Source: the human T2T-CHM13v2.0 reference genome, Homo sapiens
NCBI RefSeq assembly: GCF_009914755.1
Contig: NC_060938.1
Length of the DNA stretch: 64,000 nucleotides
Reading direction: 5' to 3' (one strand)
Shown here: piece by piece, positions 37,221-52,149 of the stretch
How the letters are laid out: each line of letters begins with the position of its first letter
How positions within the stretch are numbered: position 1 is the stretch's first letter
Position numbers and translations under genes: made by a program
The notes under the pieces: model-generated
What the model was told of the DNA's origin: nothing
The model's database searches: none
What the model saw: only the letters and a program-made list of their open reading frames with translations

Positions 37221-40200
37221 CTTTCCTCCCTCTGTAAAACTTACACTGAAATTTTAGTAGGATTCAAGGCAGCCAATCTCGAAGCTTGAATATATAAAAG
37301 AACCCTTTAAGATTAAAAAACCCATATTATCTTCCATAAGTAATTTCTTCGGACTATTGCCTTATTAAAATTTTCTAGTTCTTATTTTTACATTGAAAAG
37401 GAGAATGATGATTTTTAAATAAGTTCCTACTCACTTTTAATTTCTACTATGACAGTTTTATTGATTTTCATGGCAATAGATTCCCCTGGTTCAGCAAGAA
37501 GGCCAGAACAAGGAAGTACAGAAACATCTCAATATATCTCAAAAAGTTATTTAACATGGACAGTGTCATTTAGTATCTTTAGCATCCCTATCAAATGGAT
37601 GCCATTATTATCCCCCTTTTACAGGATATTAAAACTTACATATTGTAAATAACCAGCTGAAAGTCATATAGCATTGAAAATACAATAAGCATACAAAGAA
37701 GCAATGGCATTTGAAGTGGAGGAGGGTGAAGGATTAAAAGGCTAAACTTAGTTTGGTTAAGAAAAAAGAAAACTAGAAGGTGGCAAACTCTTGTTGGGAA
37801 GGGGAAGGATTTGGGCAGAGCAAGGTAGTGCAGTAGATCTCTCCAGTAATCATACCCCTACGGACACACCTATATGAACAACTATCCACATATGAAATTA
37901 CCTTTACAAGAGCTAATGAACCCTGAATACATGAGTGAGTCAATGAAGCCCCTTTGGACTGCAAAGAGGAGTAAAACCATGCTTGGACAGTAAGGGAAAC
38001 AGTACTCTGTGACTGTGATACTCCTCCCCCAGGCCATAATGGTATTATATGCAGAAAGTCCTCCTGAACTCACAGTTCTTACACTGAATAACGTGAGCAG
38101 AAGTTGAATATTTTTTCCACCATATGGAGTGCCTTCACAGTAGACTCACTCCTGCATCAGCCCACAAGAAGCACCATGAGTGTCAACAGAGCTGAACCAC
38201 CAGAGGCATGCTAGGGACATAGAGAAGGGATTGGGTTAGCAATACTTACTATATGAAACTTAGCAGTGGCTAGCCATTCCTACCAGAGGAAATATTATAC
38301 CAGACAGGTTGTTTATGGGCATCACGCTGTGGGAAACATGATACACAGACTGTCCAGATTTGATGGCCTGACTTGTTCTCCCCCTACAGACAGCAGCCTC
38401 TCTGTGGATCACCCATGGGCCCATCCAGTTACATTGCATCAGTGGTGAAGCCCCATTGCAAGACTTATGTCTAACCTTTGCTTTGGGCACCTCCTAATGC
38501 TAAAATGGAATATAATGGAAATCCACACAGAATTTCTAAACAAGCCCACTGAGAAACAGTCAAAAACAAACCCAGACTGAGAAGACTGAAATAAATATTT
38601 AATTCATCAATGTGTAGACAGAGATGTACATCTACAAAAAATAAGAATAGCCTAGGAAAAACTGCCTCACCAAATGGAGAAAACAAGGTGTGAGCAACTG
38701 AACCTAAAGACATGGAAATGAATGATGTGGCAGACAAAAAAATTCAAATAGCTGTTTTTTTAAAAAAAAAAAATCTGTACACTTCAACAAAGTACAGAGA
38801 AACAATATGGAAATTTATGAGAAATTCAACAAAGAATTTAAAATAATGGGAAAAAATCAAATGGAAATCCTGGAGGTGGAAAGTTCAGTAAACAAACTGA
38901 AAAATGCACTACAGGGCATCAAGAGCAGAACTGATCAAGCAGAAGAAAAAAAGCAGTGAGCTCAAAGACAGGCTCTTTGAAAATACACTGTCAGAGTAGA
39001 AAAGAGAAAAAAAATGAGAACAAAGAAAACTTATGAGATCCATGGGACACCATCAAAAAAACAAATCTACAGTGTTAAAGTGGAACTAAGAATGAAAAAG
39101 AGTTAGAAGCTTATTCAGAGAAATAACAGACAACTTTTTAAACTTGGAGAAGGATAAAGATGTTTAGGATGGCCAAAGCTCACTAATCTGATTTAATCTG
39201 AATAAGACAACCACAAGACACATTATAATTAAATTTTCAAACATCAAAAACAAAGAGTAGGTCCTGAAAGCATTAAGAAAAAGGAAGCATATAACACATA
39301 AGAGAATTCCAATGTGCCTGACAGCAGACTTCTCAACAGAAACAATATGGGCCAGGAGAGAGTAGGATAATAGAATCAAGTGCTGAAGAAAAAACTGTCA
39401 ACCATGAATATAGTATCCAGCACAGATCTCATTTAGAAATGAAGGAGAGGTTAAAACATTCTAAGACAAACAAAAGATGAAGGAATTCATTGTAACCATA
39501 ACTGCCTTAAAAGAAATGTTAAAGAACAGTCTTCAAACTGAAAGAAAAGGTCACTAATATGTAATACCAAAAATTGGAAGGTATAAATCTGCAGTAAAAA
39601 TAAATATTCAGACAAATTCAGGATGCTCTAATATAGTAAGAATTGAATGTAAACCACTTACTTTTTTTAGTAAGAAGGTTAAAATACAAAACAAAAACAA
39701 TAACAACTAAAATAATTTGTTAAGGGATAAGTGATATAAAAGATGTAAATTAAGACATCAAAAATGCAAAATGTGGGGGAGTGATTGAGTTAAAGAGCAG
39801 AGTGTTTGCTTTTCCCCATTTCTTATTATCAAAATTAAGTTGTTATCCATTCAAAATTACCTATTGAAACTATAAAATATTCTTCACATGCCTCATAGTA
39901 ACCAAAAGGCAAACATTTTTATTAGATACACTAAAAATAAAATAACAAGAAACAAAAACACACAGAGAAAATCACTTAACTACAAAGGAAAACAACAAAG
40001 GGACAAAAAGGTGCAAAAATTCTAAAAGACAACAAGAAAACAGTATATGGCAGTACAAGTCCTTATCTATCAATAATTACCTTGAATGGAAATAGATTAA
40101 ACTATCCAGTAAGAAGACAGAGAATGGGTAAATAGATTAAAAACAAGACCTAACTATATTCTTTCTACAAGAGACTCCAATCTCCTGTAAATACACACAT

Positions 40201-41419
40201 AAATTGAAACTGATCAGATGAAAAAATATATTTTATGATAATGGAAACCAAAGAATGCAGAAGTAGTTATATTTATATCAAATAAAATAGATTTCAAGTA
40301 AAACAACTGTAAACACAGACAAACAAGGCCATTATGTAATAATAAAAGGGTCAGTACAACAAGAGAATACAATAATTGTAAATATATAATGCACTCAACA
40401 TTGGAGAACCTAAATTTATAAAGCAAACATTAATAGATCTAAAAGGAGAGACAAAAAACTGAACAATAATAGTAAGAAACCTCGACATCCGGTTTTCCAC
40501 AATGAACAGATCATTGAGAGAGAATCTCAACAAAGAAACATTTAAACTGCACTCTAGATCAAAAGAATTTAACAGTTATTTACATAACATTTCATCCAAC
40601 AATTGCATAATTCACTGTCTTTTCACCTGCACATGGAATATTGTCCATGATAGATATATTAGACCACAAAACAAGTCTTAGCTATCAAAAAATCAAATCA
40701 TATCACGTGTTTTTTTAACCATATGGAATAAAGCTAGAAATAAACAACAGGAGGAACTTCAGAAATTGTGAAATACATACAAATTAAACAACATATCCTT
40801 AAACAACTAATGGGTCAATGAAAAAAATTTAATTTTAAAAATGTCTGAAGACAAATAAAAATGAAATCAGAACATATGAAAACTTATGAAATACAGCAAA
40901 ACAGTCCTTAGAGGGAAGTTTATAGCAATACATTTCTACATCAACAAAGAAGAAAGATAATGAATAAACCATCTAACAATGTATTTCAAGGAACTATAAA
41001 ATCAAGAACAAACTAGACCCAAATTAGCAAAAGAATATAAAGATCAGAGCACAAATATACAAAATGAAGACAAAAAATACAACGACTAATTAAATGAAGG
41101 AATCTTTTTTGAAAAGGTAAAATTGACAAATGTTTTGTCATACAAAGAAAAAAGGAGAAAATTCACATAAAATCAGAGATGAAAAAGGATATACTATGAT
41201 AGACTCTAGAGAAATATAAGGAATCATGAGTAAGTACTACAAACAATTATACGCCAATAAATTGAAAAACTTAGAAGGAATACGTATGCTCTGGACACTT
41301 ATAACCTATCAAAATTGAAGAAAGAAGAAAAAGAAAATGTGAACACACCAATGACAAATAATGAAATTGAAGGAGCAATTTAGGCTCTCAGTCAAGGAAA
41401 ATCCAAAAGACTTCACACA

Positions 41420-41705
41420 GTAGCTCACACCTGTAATCTCACAGTTTAGGAGCCCAAGGCAGGAGAATCACTAGAGGCCAGGAGTTCAAGATTAGCCTGG
41501 GCAACACAACGAGACTCCATCTCTAAAAATAAAAATAAAAAGTCCCCAGGTATAGTGGTGTGTACTGGTACTCAGGAGGCTGAGGCAGGAGGATCACTTA
41601 AGACCAGGAGTTTGAGGCTGCAGTCAGCTATGACTGCACCACTGTATGCCAGCCTCAGTGATAGAGTGAGATCCTGTCTCTAACAAAATAGAGGAAGAAA
41701 GAAAA
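41420..41705 (+). mobile_element. AluJ inside L1MA
   Basis: Diverged Alu dimer. Confidence 0.88.
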
Positions 41706-43923
41706 GTTCACAACTTGGTGGTTTTCGCTGACAAATTCTACAAAACATTTAAAAAATTTATACAAATTATTTACAAACTATTTCAAAAAATGAAAAGGAG
41801 GGAACTCTTCCAAACTCATTCTATGAAGACAGCATTTCCTGATTCCAAAATGAGACAAGAACAGCAAATAAAAGAAAACTCCAGGCCAATATCATTGATA
41901 AACATAGATGCAAACATTCAAAACCAGCAGTTCTAGCAATGATATTTCAAAAGCACATTAAAAAGATTATCCACCATAATCAAATGGTATTTACCTGGGG
42001 AGGTAAGGATAGTCTAATACATGTAAATCAATAAAATGTGATACATCACATTAAACAATGAAGGATTAAAAACATGTAATCGTTTCAATAGATGCAGAAA
42101 AAGCACTTGACAAAATTAGATATCCTTTTATGATCAAACCTTTTAACAAATTAGTTATAAAAGAACATAATAAAATAAAGACCATATGTGATAACCCACA
42201 GGCAACATTATACTGAATGGTGAAAACTTGAAAGCTTTGCCTCTAGGATCTGGAATAAGGCAAGGATGTTCACTTTAATCACTTTTTTCAACATAGTACT
42301 GGAAGTCCTAGTCAGAACAATTAGGTAAAGAGAAAGAAATAAAGGCATCCAAATTGGAAAAAAAAAAGTCAAATTGTCCCTCTTTGCAGATGACATGATC
42401 ATATATGTAAAAAACCCTAAATACACCACTGAGAATCAGAAATAGTAAATGAATATAATAAGGTTTCAGGATACAAAAGCAACATAAAAAATCAGTAACA
42501 TTTCTATACACCAATAACAGACTATCTGAAAAAGGAATCAAGAAAGTAATCCCATTTAAAATAACTATTAAAAAAACAAAATACCTACAAGTAAATTAAG
42601 CCACAGAAAGATGAAAATTATTAAACATTGATAAAAACAATTAAAAAATTAAAATAAATAGAAAGATATCCCATGTTCATGGACTAAAAGAATTAATATT
42701 GTTGAAATGACCATACTATGCAAATCAATCTATAAATCTAATATAATCTGTATCAAATTTCCAATTTCATTCTTCACAGATGTTAAAAAAATCTTAAAAT
42801 TCATGTGAAACTGCAAAACACCCCAAATAGCCAAATAAATCTTAAGCAAAAAGAGCAATGCTAGAGGTATTACACTATCTAATTTCAAAATATATTACAA
42901 AGCTATCTTAACTAAAACAGCATGGTATTGGCATAAAAACAGGCATGTAGACCAGTGGAACAAAAATAGAGAGCCCAGGCATAAAACCTCATATTACATG
43001 CAACTTATTTTTGACAAAGGTGCAAACATTCAATTGGGAAAAGACAGTCTTTTCAACAAATGGTGCTGGGAAAGTGCATATCCACATATAAAAGAATGGA
43101 AGTAGACCCCTATCTCTCATCATATACAAAAATCAACTCAAAATAAATTAAATATTTAAATGTAAGACCCCAAACTATGAAACTAGTAGAAGAAAACTTA
43201 GGTAAAATGTTATATGTCATTGGTCTGGGCAAGGACTTTTTAGAAAAGACATCAAAAGACATGCACAACAAAAGCAAAAATAAACAAATGGGATTACACC
43301 AAATAAAAACTTCTGCACTGCATAGGAAACAATCACAAGAGTGAAAACACAACCTACAAAATGGGAGAAAATATATGCAAACTCTTCACTTCATAAGGGG
43401 TTAATATCCCAAATTTATAGAAAACTCAAACAACTCAATAGCAAAAATACAAATTGGATTAGAAAATAGTCAAGACAGCTGAATAGACATTTCTCCAAAT
43501 AAGACAAAAAAATCACCAACAGATATATGAAAAAATGCTCACCATCACTAATAATCAGAGAAATGCAAGTTAAATCCACAGTGAGATATCATCTTACCCT
43601 GCTTAGAATGCTTTTTATGAAAAAGTCAAAAAATAACAAATGCTGGCAAGGATGTGAAGAAAGGGGAATTTTCATAAACTGTTGGTGGAAATGTAAATTA
43701 GAGCAATTGTTATGGAAAACAATATAACTTCCAAAAACGTTAAAAATAGACATCACAAAATCCAACAATCCCACTACTGGGTATATATTCAAAGAATATT
43801 AAATCAGTATGTCAAAGAGATTTCTGGACTCTCATGTTAATTACAGCACTATTCACAATAGCCTAGAATCAACCTAAGTGTCCATCAATGAATGAATGGA
43901 GAAAGAAAATGTGGCATATATGC

Positions 43924-44213
43924 TGTATTTGGCCATTCTTGCATTGCTATAAAGAAATACCTGAGATTGGATAATTTATAAGAAAAGAGACATAATTGGC
44001 TCCTGGTTCCATGGGCTGTACAGGGAGCATAATGCCAACATCTGCTTGACTAGTCAGGAAGCTTGGGAACTCGTTCACTATCATGTGGATATCACCAAGC
44101 CATGAGGGATCCACCTCCATGACCCAAACACCCTCTACCAGGCTCAGTCTCTAACAGTGGGGATTACAATATAACATGAGATATGGGTCAGGACAAATAT
44201 CCAAACTATATCA
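43924..44213 (-). mobile_element. MSTB-like solo LTR (internally deleted) inside L1MA
   Basis: TG...CA termini; perfect TSD TATGC at 43919-43923 and 44214-44218. Confidence 0.9.
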
Positions 44214-46084
44214 TATGCACATTTGGCCATAATGAAGAGTAAAATCGTGTCACTTGTGACAACATGAATGAGCATAGACGACATTGTGGTAAGTGAAATA
44301 AGCTAACCATGGTAAGACAAATATCATATGATCTCATTCATATGTGAAATCTAAAAACACTGATCTACTAGAGAGTAGAAGAGTGGTTACCAGACTGGGA
44401 AAGATAGGGAGGAGAGGTTTTAACAATGTGTCATGTATCAAAATACCACATTGTACCCCATCAACATGTGAAATTATCATGTATTCACTTAATAAAAGAA
44501 AAGAAAAAAGAAAATGGAAGAGTCAAGATACTGGGGCACTGGAAGAGATAGAAGAGAAGGTGAGTTGGCAGTAAAGAAGAGAGAGTCAGAAAGAGCATGT
44601 CACAGAGTGGAACATTAAAGTTTATAACATTAGAAATCAATTTTTAAGTTATTGAAAAGTTAAGTTTATAGCCATGAAAGTGAGTAGCTCAATTGAAGTG
44701 AAAGTAAAAGTCAATGAAAGATTAAATTAGAAAATATATTGCTTGGCATTTAGTAATTACTTCAGAAATATTAATAAATCTTAAGAAAATTAAGAACACC
44801 AAAGCATTCATGGTGGGCCATTATCATAATACGAATTTATGTGGTAATATTTTATTCTTTCCAGTGAAGGGAGTAATTCAACAGTCTTGATTACAGGTTA
44901 GAAAATGATTTCTCCAGGTGTGACCTACTGACCACATTCATTGTATTTGAATTGCTTGAGCAATTTGTTTCAGGAGAAAATGGAAAGATTTTAAGATGGA
45001 CCAACGAAATTACCACTGAGTGTCTTTAATGGAAATCTCATCCTTGTCTAGAATAACCTGGGTTATCTGTTTCTATGGGGTCTCTGTGCCTTTTGTTTTC
45101 TTTGTTATTTGCAATTCTGTTAGTTGTAGATTACTGATAGTAATGCAAATATTCTTGTCTATAGACAGGCAAATGATTGATTTTGGTGGAAGTATAATTA
45201 ATTTTCCTTTTTCCACCTTCCATCAAGAAGTCAGTTTTGAACCTATCAAGCAAATTTATTTCAGTGTTCCTTAGTGCCTAGATTGTGTGGCTCTTAATTT
45301 TCCATAAAATTTAGCATAACATCTTACTGGCTCCCTCATTAAATAAATGAGTTAAAAATCTTAGACAAGTGTTCATTTTATAATTGTAAGTCATAATTTA
45401 CCCTATTTTAAGCAATTTACCTTTATCATTCCTAAAAATCCAGATTACTATGTCCCATGCTAGACCTATAGAATCAAAATCTCAGGCCTAAGGCACAAGA
45501 ATTTACATTGTTAGTAAGCTTTTCAAGTGATTTTTAGGCATACTAAATTGTATTAACCTTTACCATTCTAATTCTTTAAACTGGAATTATTGTATTTATA
45601 ATTCCATCTTCGTCAAATTAAACTTTTGGTTAGCAAAAACGGTAGAAACCCCCTTATTCAATCAGATTGGGACCAGTAATAAACAGATTAATCACAAATT
45701 TAAGTTAGATGGAGGAATCATAAGAAGTATTAGATGTAAGTCCTTAAAACTTAACTTTAATTTAAAAGACATGTGTAAATAAATTTGCCAGAATTTTGAT
45801 GACAAGGTCAAAGCCTTGCACGGATTCAGAGTGGAGTTTCTTGTGGAAACTATGGCAATGATATGTTGTCATGGATTTCTTGTTCACTTTCTGTGAAGAC
45901 AACTGGGGTAAAGCAATCTGAAATCTTAGATTACACAATTTTTCCCATTTGTTTCTAGTTGTCTTGCCAACAGTTAAGCTGACAGCAACTGTTTGAGTTT
46001 CTCATTTTTTCAACACATTTAGTTTATTTCTCAAAGAAACAACAATACTACTCTTGTTATACTCATTTTCTCAGTTTACATAAT

Positions 46085-46360
<276 letters not shown>

Positions 46361-46639
46361 ACATAATATTTAATTAAATCGCATAGCTACAAGAACAAGA
46401 ACAAATGGTGTAAACATATTTAGGAATCAACACAGCTTCCTCTTAGAAACTATACAATGTCTGTGATGGAAGGATAAATGTACAGGCATTAAAAGTAGCT
46501 CAAAGGCTTTCAGTTTACAGTGGACATCAGTCAATAAGTTGTACAGGGGTACCAGAAAGTGCTGATTGCAAATCAGTTAAGTGGAGGTCAGTTAAGGCAG
46601 CATCCACTGTATCTTAATTTGTAAAGTGAATGTTCTAAA

Positions 46640-46815
46640 ACTGGGTTCACTTTTGCTATAAAGGACCAGATGATAAATGTTTTAGGCTTTGTGAACCATA
46701 CGGTCTCTATAGCAACCATTCAACTCTACCATTGTAGCAGGAAAGCACCATAGATCCATAGATGTGCTCCAATAAAACTTTATTAAAACAGGCAGCTGGT
46801 CTGAGGGCCATGTAT
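46640..46815. mobile_element. MER58A-like hAT MITE
   Basis: TAAAGGACCAGATGATAAATGTTTTAGGCTTTGTGAACCATACGGTCTCT...CCAATAAAACTTTATT. Confidence 0.85.
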
Positions 46816-48091
46816 ATATCTTGCTGTTTTCATACAATTTTCTAAGTTAGTAGTTCCCTACCTTTTTAACAATCAAGGATTACTTTTAATCCTCTCCTCT
46901 GATTTTATGTTTCAAAAGACTTAAGAAAACCCCACAAAATATATTTATTTTGTAACTTTGGTGGGGTTCTTATTTTACTAATAAGTAATCAATGATATAT
47001 AAAGGCTACCCACTAGGTCAGTATGAAATAATCAAAATTATTAACTCTAATGACTTAGTTCTGGATAGAAATAAAAAGTATTCAACTATATATATATAAC
47101 TTAAAACCTATATAGCTTTTTCTGGTGTAAATATATAACTTTTCGAGATTTTTCAAGTATTAAATAAAACTTTTGGAAATCCTCACACCTGGCTCCCTAT
47201 GATGACATTCAAGAATTCTTAGGATTCTGGGAATCTTAGAATGAAAGTCACTGCTCTGTAGGAATGAATGAAAGAATAAGAAAGGGAAGGAAGAAGAAAG
47301 AGCATGTTTACTAAATGTAAATCATCAAGGAACATTTATTTTATTAATAAATTTGTCAACTTTAGGTTGCCAAATCTAACAAGATACCAACATGGCATTC
47401 ATGGTGATCACACCTCTAGTCAAATTTTATTTTAGTTCATTGACTATAGTATTAATATCCTGAAATACTCAAAAATTCTGTCCTAATTCTGTGAATAATT
47501 CACTTATTAATCACCCTATACACTACTTAATGAATGGAATGGTGCTTGGAATAAAGATAATTACAGGGCTAAAAGGGTTTTCTCTAGAGGCAGGTTATAA
47601 GATTTTGTTGTCTGATTGGATTAAAACAAAATTAATCAATGTTTTCTGCAACCAGTGGCTTTTGACTTAGTGGTCTATTAATATCTATCAATCACTATAA
47701 CCTCAGTCCTATTTCCTCCATTCTTCTTTTTGCTATCATAAAAATTTGTCCATTTTTTTTCCTGTTAGATCTATATGTTTCTCCTCTTTTCTTTTCATCC
47801 AAACAACTGGACATCAACTTAGTACAGATAGTGCAATTGATCCAAACCCTATGGAACTCACTGTTTCCATTTACATAACTTACATAACTGTCAAGCTGAA
47901 ATCACTCTCAAATTTTTTTAATTCAAAATTTTAATTTCATTTAATCATATTTATTTATTCATTAATTTATTTTGAAAATAATTTTAACTTGTATTTTACA
48001 TTCAGGGGTACATGTGCCAGTTTGTTACATGGGTATATCTCATAATGCTGAGTTTTGGGGCATGAATGATCCCATCATCCAGATGCTGATT

Positions 48092-48473
48092 TGGTATGGT
48101 TTGACTCTGTGTCCCCACCCAAATCTCATGTTGAATTATAATTCCCAATGTAGGGGGAATGACCTGGTGGGAGGTGATTAGCTCATGAGAGCAGACTTTC
48201 CCCTTGCTGTTCTTAGATGGTAAGTGAGTTCTCTTGAGATCTGTTGGTTTAAACATATGGCACATCGCCCCTGGCTCACTTGCTCTCCTGCCGCCATGGT
48301 AGAACGTGCCTTGCTTCCCCCTTCACCTTCTGCCATGATTATAAGTTTCCTGAAGGCTCCCAGCCATGCTTCCTGTACAGCCTGTGGAACTGTGAGTCAG
48401 TTAAACCTCTTTTCTTTATAAATTACCCAGTCTCGGGTAGTTCTATATAGCAGTGTGAGAACAGATTAATACA
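48092..48473 (+). mobile_element. THE1D-like solo LTR
   Basis: TGGTATGGTTTGACTCTGTGTCCCCACCCAAATCTCATG...GAGAACAGATTAATACA. Confidence 0.92.
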
Positions 48474-48731
48474 TGAGCATAGTACCCAATAGTTAGTTTG
48501 TCAAACCTTGCCTTCCTCCTTCTCCCCTCTAGTAGTCCCAGTGTTTATTCTTTCCATCTTTATGTCCATAAGTACCCAGTGTTTAGCTCCCACTTATAAG
48601 TGAGATCATGTGGTATTTCGTTTTGTATTCCTGCATTAATTTACTTAGGATAATGGCCTTCAGCTGCATCCATGTTGCTTCAAAGGACAAGATTTTGTTA
48701 TTTTTATGGCTTCATAGTATTCCATGGTGTG

Positions 48732-49140
48732 TGAAATGGTTAGGAAGGTGGCCCCTATAAATCTCATGGTAAAATGTAATCCTCAGGGTTGGAGGTGGGG
48801 CCTGGTAGGAGATGTTTAGGTCATGGGGGTGGATCTCTCATGATCTGATACCGTCCTTGTGATAGCAAATTCTTTCAAGATCTGGTTGTGTAAGGGTGTG
48901 TGCTGCTTACCCCCACTCCCATTCTCTCTTGCTCCTGCTCTGGCCATGTGATAAGCCTACTCCCTCTTCACCTTCCATCATGAGGAAAAGCTCCCTGCAG
49001 ACTCCACAGGTGCAATCAGATGCCGTCACCATGCTTCCTTTACTGCCTGCAGAGCTATGAGCCAATTAAATCTCTTTTCCTTATAAGTTACCTAGTCTCA
49101 GGTATTTCTTCATAGCAATGCAAGAATGGCCTAATAATAC
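48732..49140 (+). mobile_element. MSTA/B solo LTR
   Basis: TGAAATGGTTAGGA...GGTTGGAGGTGGGGCCTGG...ATAGCAATGCAAGAATGGCCTAATA. Confidence 0.88.
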
Positions 49141-51740
49141 TGTGTGGATGTACCACATTTTATTGATCCAATCCACTGTTGATGGGCACCTAGGCTGACT
49201 CCATGTCTTTGCTATTGTGAATAGTGCCACGATGAACATGCAAGTGCATATGTCTTTTTGGTAGAATAATTGACTTTCTTTGGGTCATATACCAGTAATG
49301 GAATTGTTGGCTTGAAAGGTAATTCTATTTTAAATTCTTTGAGAAATTTCCAAACTGCTTTCAACAGTGGCTGAACTAATTTACATTCGCACCAATTATG
49401 TGTAAATGTTCCCTTTTCTCCAGAGCCTCCCAAGATCTGTTGTTTTTCGATTTTTTAATAGTAGCTATTCTGACTGGTATAGGATAGTATCTCGTTTTGG
49501 TTTTGATTTGCACTTCTCTCATGATTAGTGATGTTAAGCCTAATCTCTGCCACCTGAAAACTGGGAAAATACAGTGTCACTTGTCAAAATAAATTGTTTT
49601 ACTTTGCTTTAAAAACAATCAATTGAGTAGTATATTTCTTCCAGCAAAATTAAGAAGTAAACATTTAGAAATGTACAGTACCTTGCTGTTAAGTCTTCGC
49701 ACAAGTATACCAATCCAACATAAAGGCCATCTTAAACTTTCATTTGAAATGAAAGACAATTTTTAAGAGGTTAAGGGCTAGTAATTTGTTAAAGTCCTGA
49801 AGTTAAATCAGCTCAAGTAAATAAAAAGACTTTCTTTTAATTAAAGCCTTTTAAATGAACACTTTAAAGCATAGCTGGTTTCTCCCTCAAATCTTGTCCA
49901 AAGCCACTGTTTACAACTCAGTATATCAAAGAAGATTTCAGACATGATTGTGAAGCTCCCTCAACTTACAATGTGCTATTTGCAACCCTAGATGGCTATC
50001 ATTCTGACTTTTCTACCTTTTAGCAACAATAAGCACACCATTCCCATTTCTCCCCCACCCTGACTTACCCCTCTTTGCATTTAATATGTAATTTTTCTCA
50101 GAGTGTTCTTACACATCTTTAACGTAAATATGACAAAAGCACACAGTATAGTACATGTGCCACATGTATAAATGTTGTATCTAGTCATACAATTTTCCTT
50201 TTAAAAAAGAAATATTTTAATTTCAAAAACAAAGACTCTAGGAATCTTTTCTAGCTGCCAGTCATAAAAACGTAAATTCCTGGTTAGATTCCCAAATTTG
50301 CCTGACCATAAGAACCACTTGTGATACCTGTCAAACACATGTATTCTGAGTCCCATCCATGATCTCCTGAATCAGAATCAGCAGATGAGAGGCCTGGGAA
50401 TACACATTTTAAACAAACGTCCACAGTGATTACGATTAGTCAAGCTTGAAAAAAATTTCACTAGGATTTTTATGACTGAATAACCTCACAAACATAGGAA
50501 AGTTACTGGAGAAAAATATGGGCAGAATTTCAGAATTCTGCCTTTGCTGAAAGTGTTTGTTCCCTCCTCCTCTACTCATCAAGACCTGACTGCTTATGTA
50601 ACTCCCCCAAACCACCAACACCTGGAAGGAGTTGAAAATGATTTTAATGAAGAAGAAAAGCTGATGTTTAATTTCAAAACTGACGGTGACAATAGAAGGG
50701 AGAGGCATGAATTCATCTTGATTCTAACACAAAGCATTGTATTTGAGTCTACAAACGAAATTGGTTTCATTTTTATTTTTTGTAAGTTTTTGCCAAACTC
50801 TATGCATATATAGAGGCTGGGCAAGAAAGAAAGAAATCCAGAAATATGGCATATGCCATCCCTTATTTATTTCCCCATGCGACCAGCCAACAGCTTTTTC
50901 ACCTAGTCCCTGCTTCAAGCTGACTTTGTGTCTACTTCTCTATCAGAAATGGAGCTTCCCTAAAGACTGCCTCAATGTCAGTTACCCAGAGGCCTTTTTC
51001 CCATCTTGTGCTCCTAAACTTCTATGATATTAAATGATATTACCCTTTCTGGAAATTCTCCTTAGCTTTGATTTTATAATTTTACTCTAACTCTGTTTCA
51101 TTCCTTCTTTTATAGCCTTTCTTTTCTCTATCCCTTTACTGCAGACATGTTGTACAGCTTTGTTCTTGACCTTCTGATATCTCCACATTCATTCCCTCAG
51201 AGCATGTATCCATTTTTTTGGTGTCGGCATTCCTGACTATCTGATTATTACCATCATATAACGATGTTGGTGATGAGCATAGCTAACATATCCTAGGCAT
51301 TTTCCATGTAGGTTATAATAAGCACCCTATATAAATCGTACCATTTAATTCTTCAACCCTAAATGGTACTATTACTAACCACATTGTATGAGATGAAGAC
51401 ACTGAGATTTTCATCAAAACCATGGAAAGCCAACGTGAGGAGCCCCTGTGTGTCTCCTTTGTTAATGCCTCTGGGCATCATGGCATGTGGATTGCCATGG
51501 AATGGGGATTAGGAAGGGCAGCACTGTGAAAACACCAGAAAATATGTTATGATAGCGGGTAAGGACGCTCATCTCTGCACATTGAGATGGTTTTGTTTCT
51601 GAGTCAGGTTTGAGATGAGCCAATCCTGACTCCGTGGTGCTACCAGGGATCACGAATTTAATAAGATCTTCGTGGATGCTTGGAACCCAACTGGTCTCTG
51701 TTTTCTACTTTAAGGAAAGAGTCACAGCTTGAGTGGGGTG

Positions 51741-51812
51741 GTTTTGGTGTCACATACGCTATCAATAATACCCACCGTTTTGGTGTCACATACGCGATTA
51801 ATAATACCCACC
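51741..51812. repeat. 36-bp tandem duplication (2 copies)
   Basis: GTTTTGGTGTCACATACGC(T/G)AT(C/T)AATAATACCCACC x2. Confidence 0.95.
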
Positions 51813-52149
51813 GCTGCAGAGGAATCACCGTGGACTACTCCTCATTTCATCCCGTACCCTTGCGATGGATCCCTCTCACCTGTTTACTGATTTCATTCAA
51901 ATTCTTCAGCGACCACAGGACCCCGACTTGCCTTCTCTATCCTGGTTCCCATCACTCTGCTTTACAGGCCTCGCCTGCTCGCGGCTCCTCACACCAGCGC
52001 TGCACGACTCCCTCCACGCCTCTGCCCTGTTTCCTCCATCAGACAGGGCTAGCTTCCTCCATCTCTATAGGGAAAAAGCCTGCCCAGAGTTCAAGACCCT
52101 CCTCAGATGCCGCCTCCACGATTAGGCTTCTTCCTGACCCCTGAGCCTG

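Larger units (their letters stand above)
37790..44515 (+). mobile_element. Near full-length decayed L1MA element (5' region, ORF1 and ORF2 remnants, 3' UTR)
   Basis: ORF1-like AGCAGACTTCTCAACAGAAAC (about 39323); EN start TCCTTATCTATCAATAATTACCTTGAAT (about 40060); RT-region RPISLINIDA and LFADDMI (about 42380); C-terminal CWQGCEERG; A tail at about 44495. Confidence 0.92.
47960..49540 (-). mobile_element. L1PB / older L1PA 3' end with two nested MaLR LTRs
   Basis: TTCAGGGGTACATGTGCCAGTTTGTTACATGGGTATA; ORF2 C-terminal remnant ECKLVQPLLKAVWKFLKE. Confidence 0.9.
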
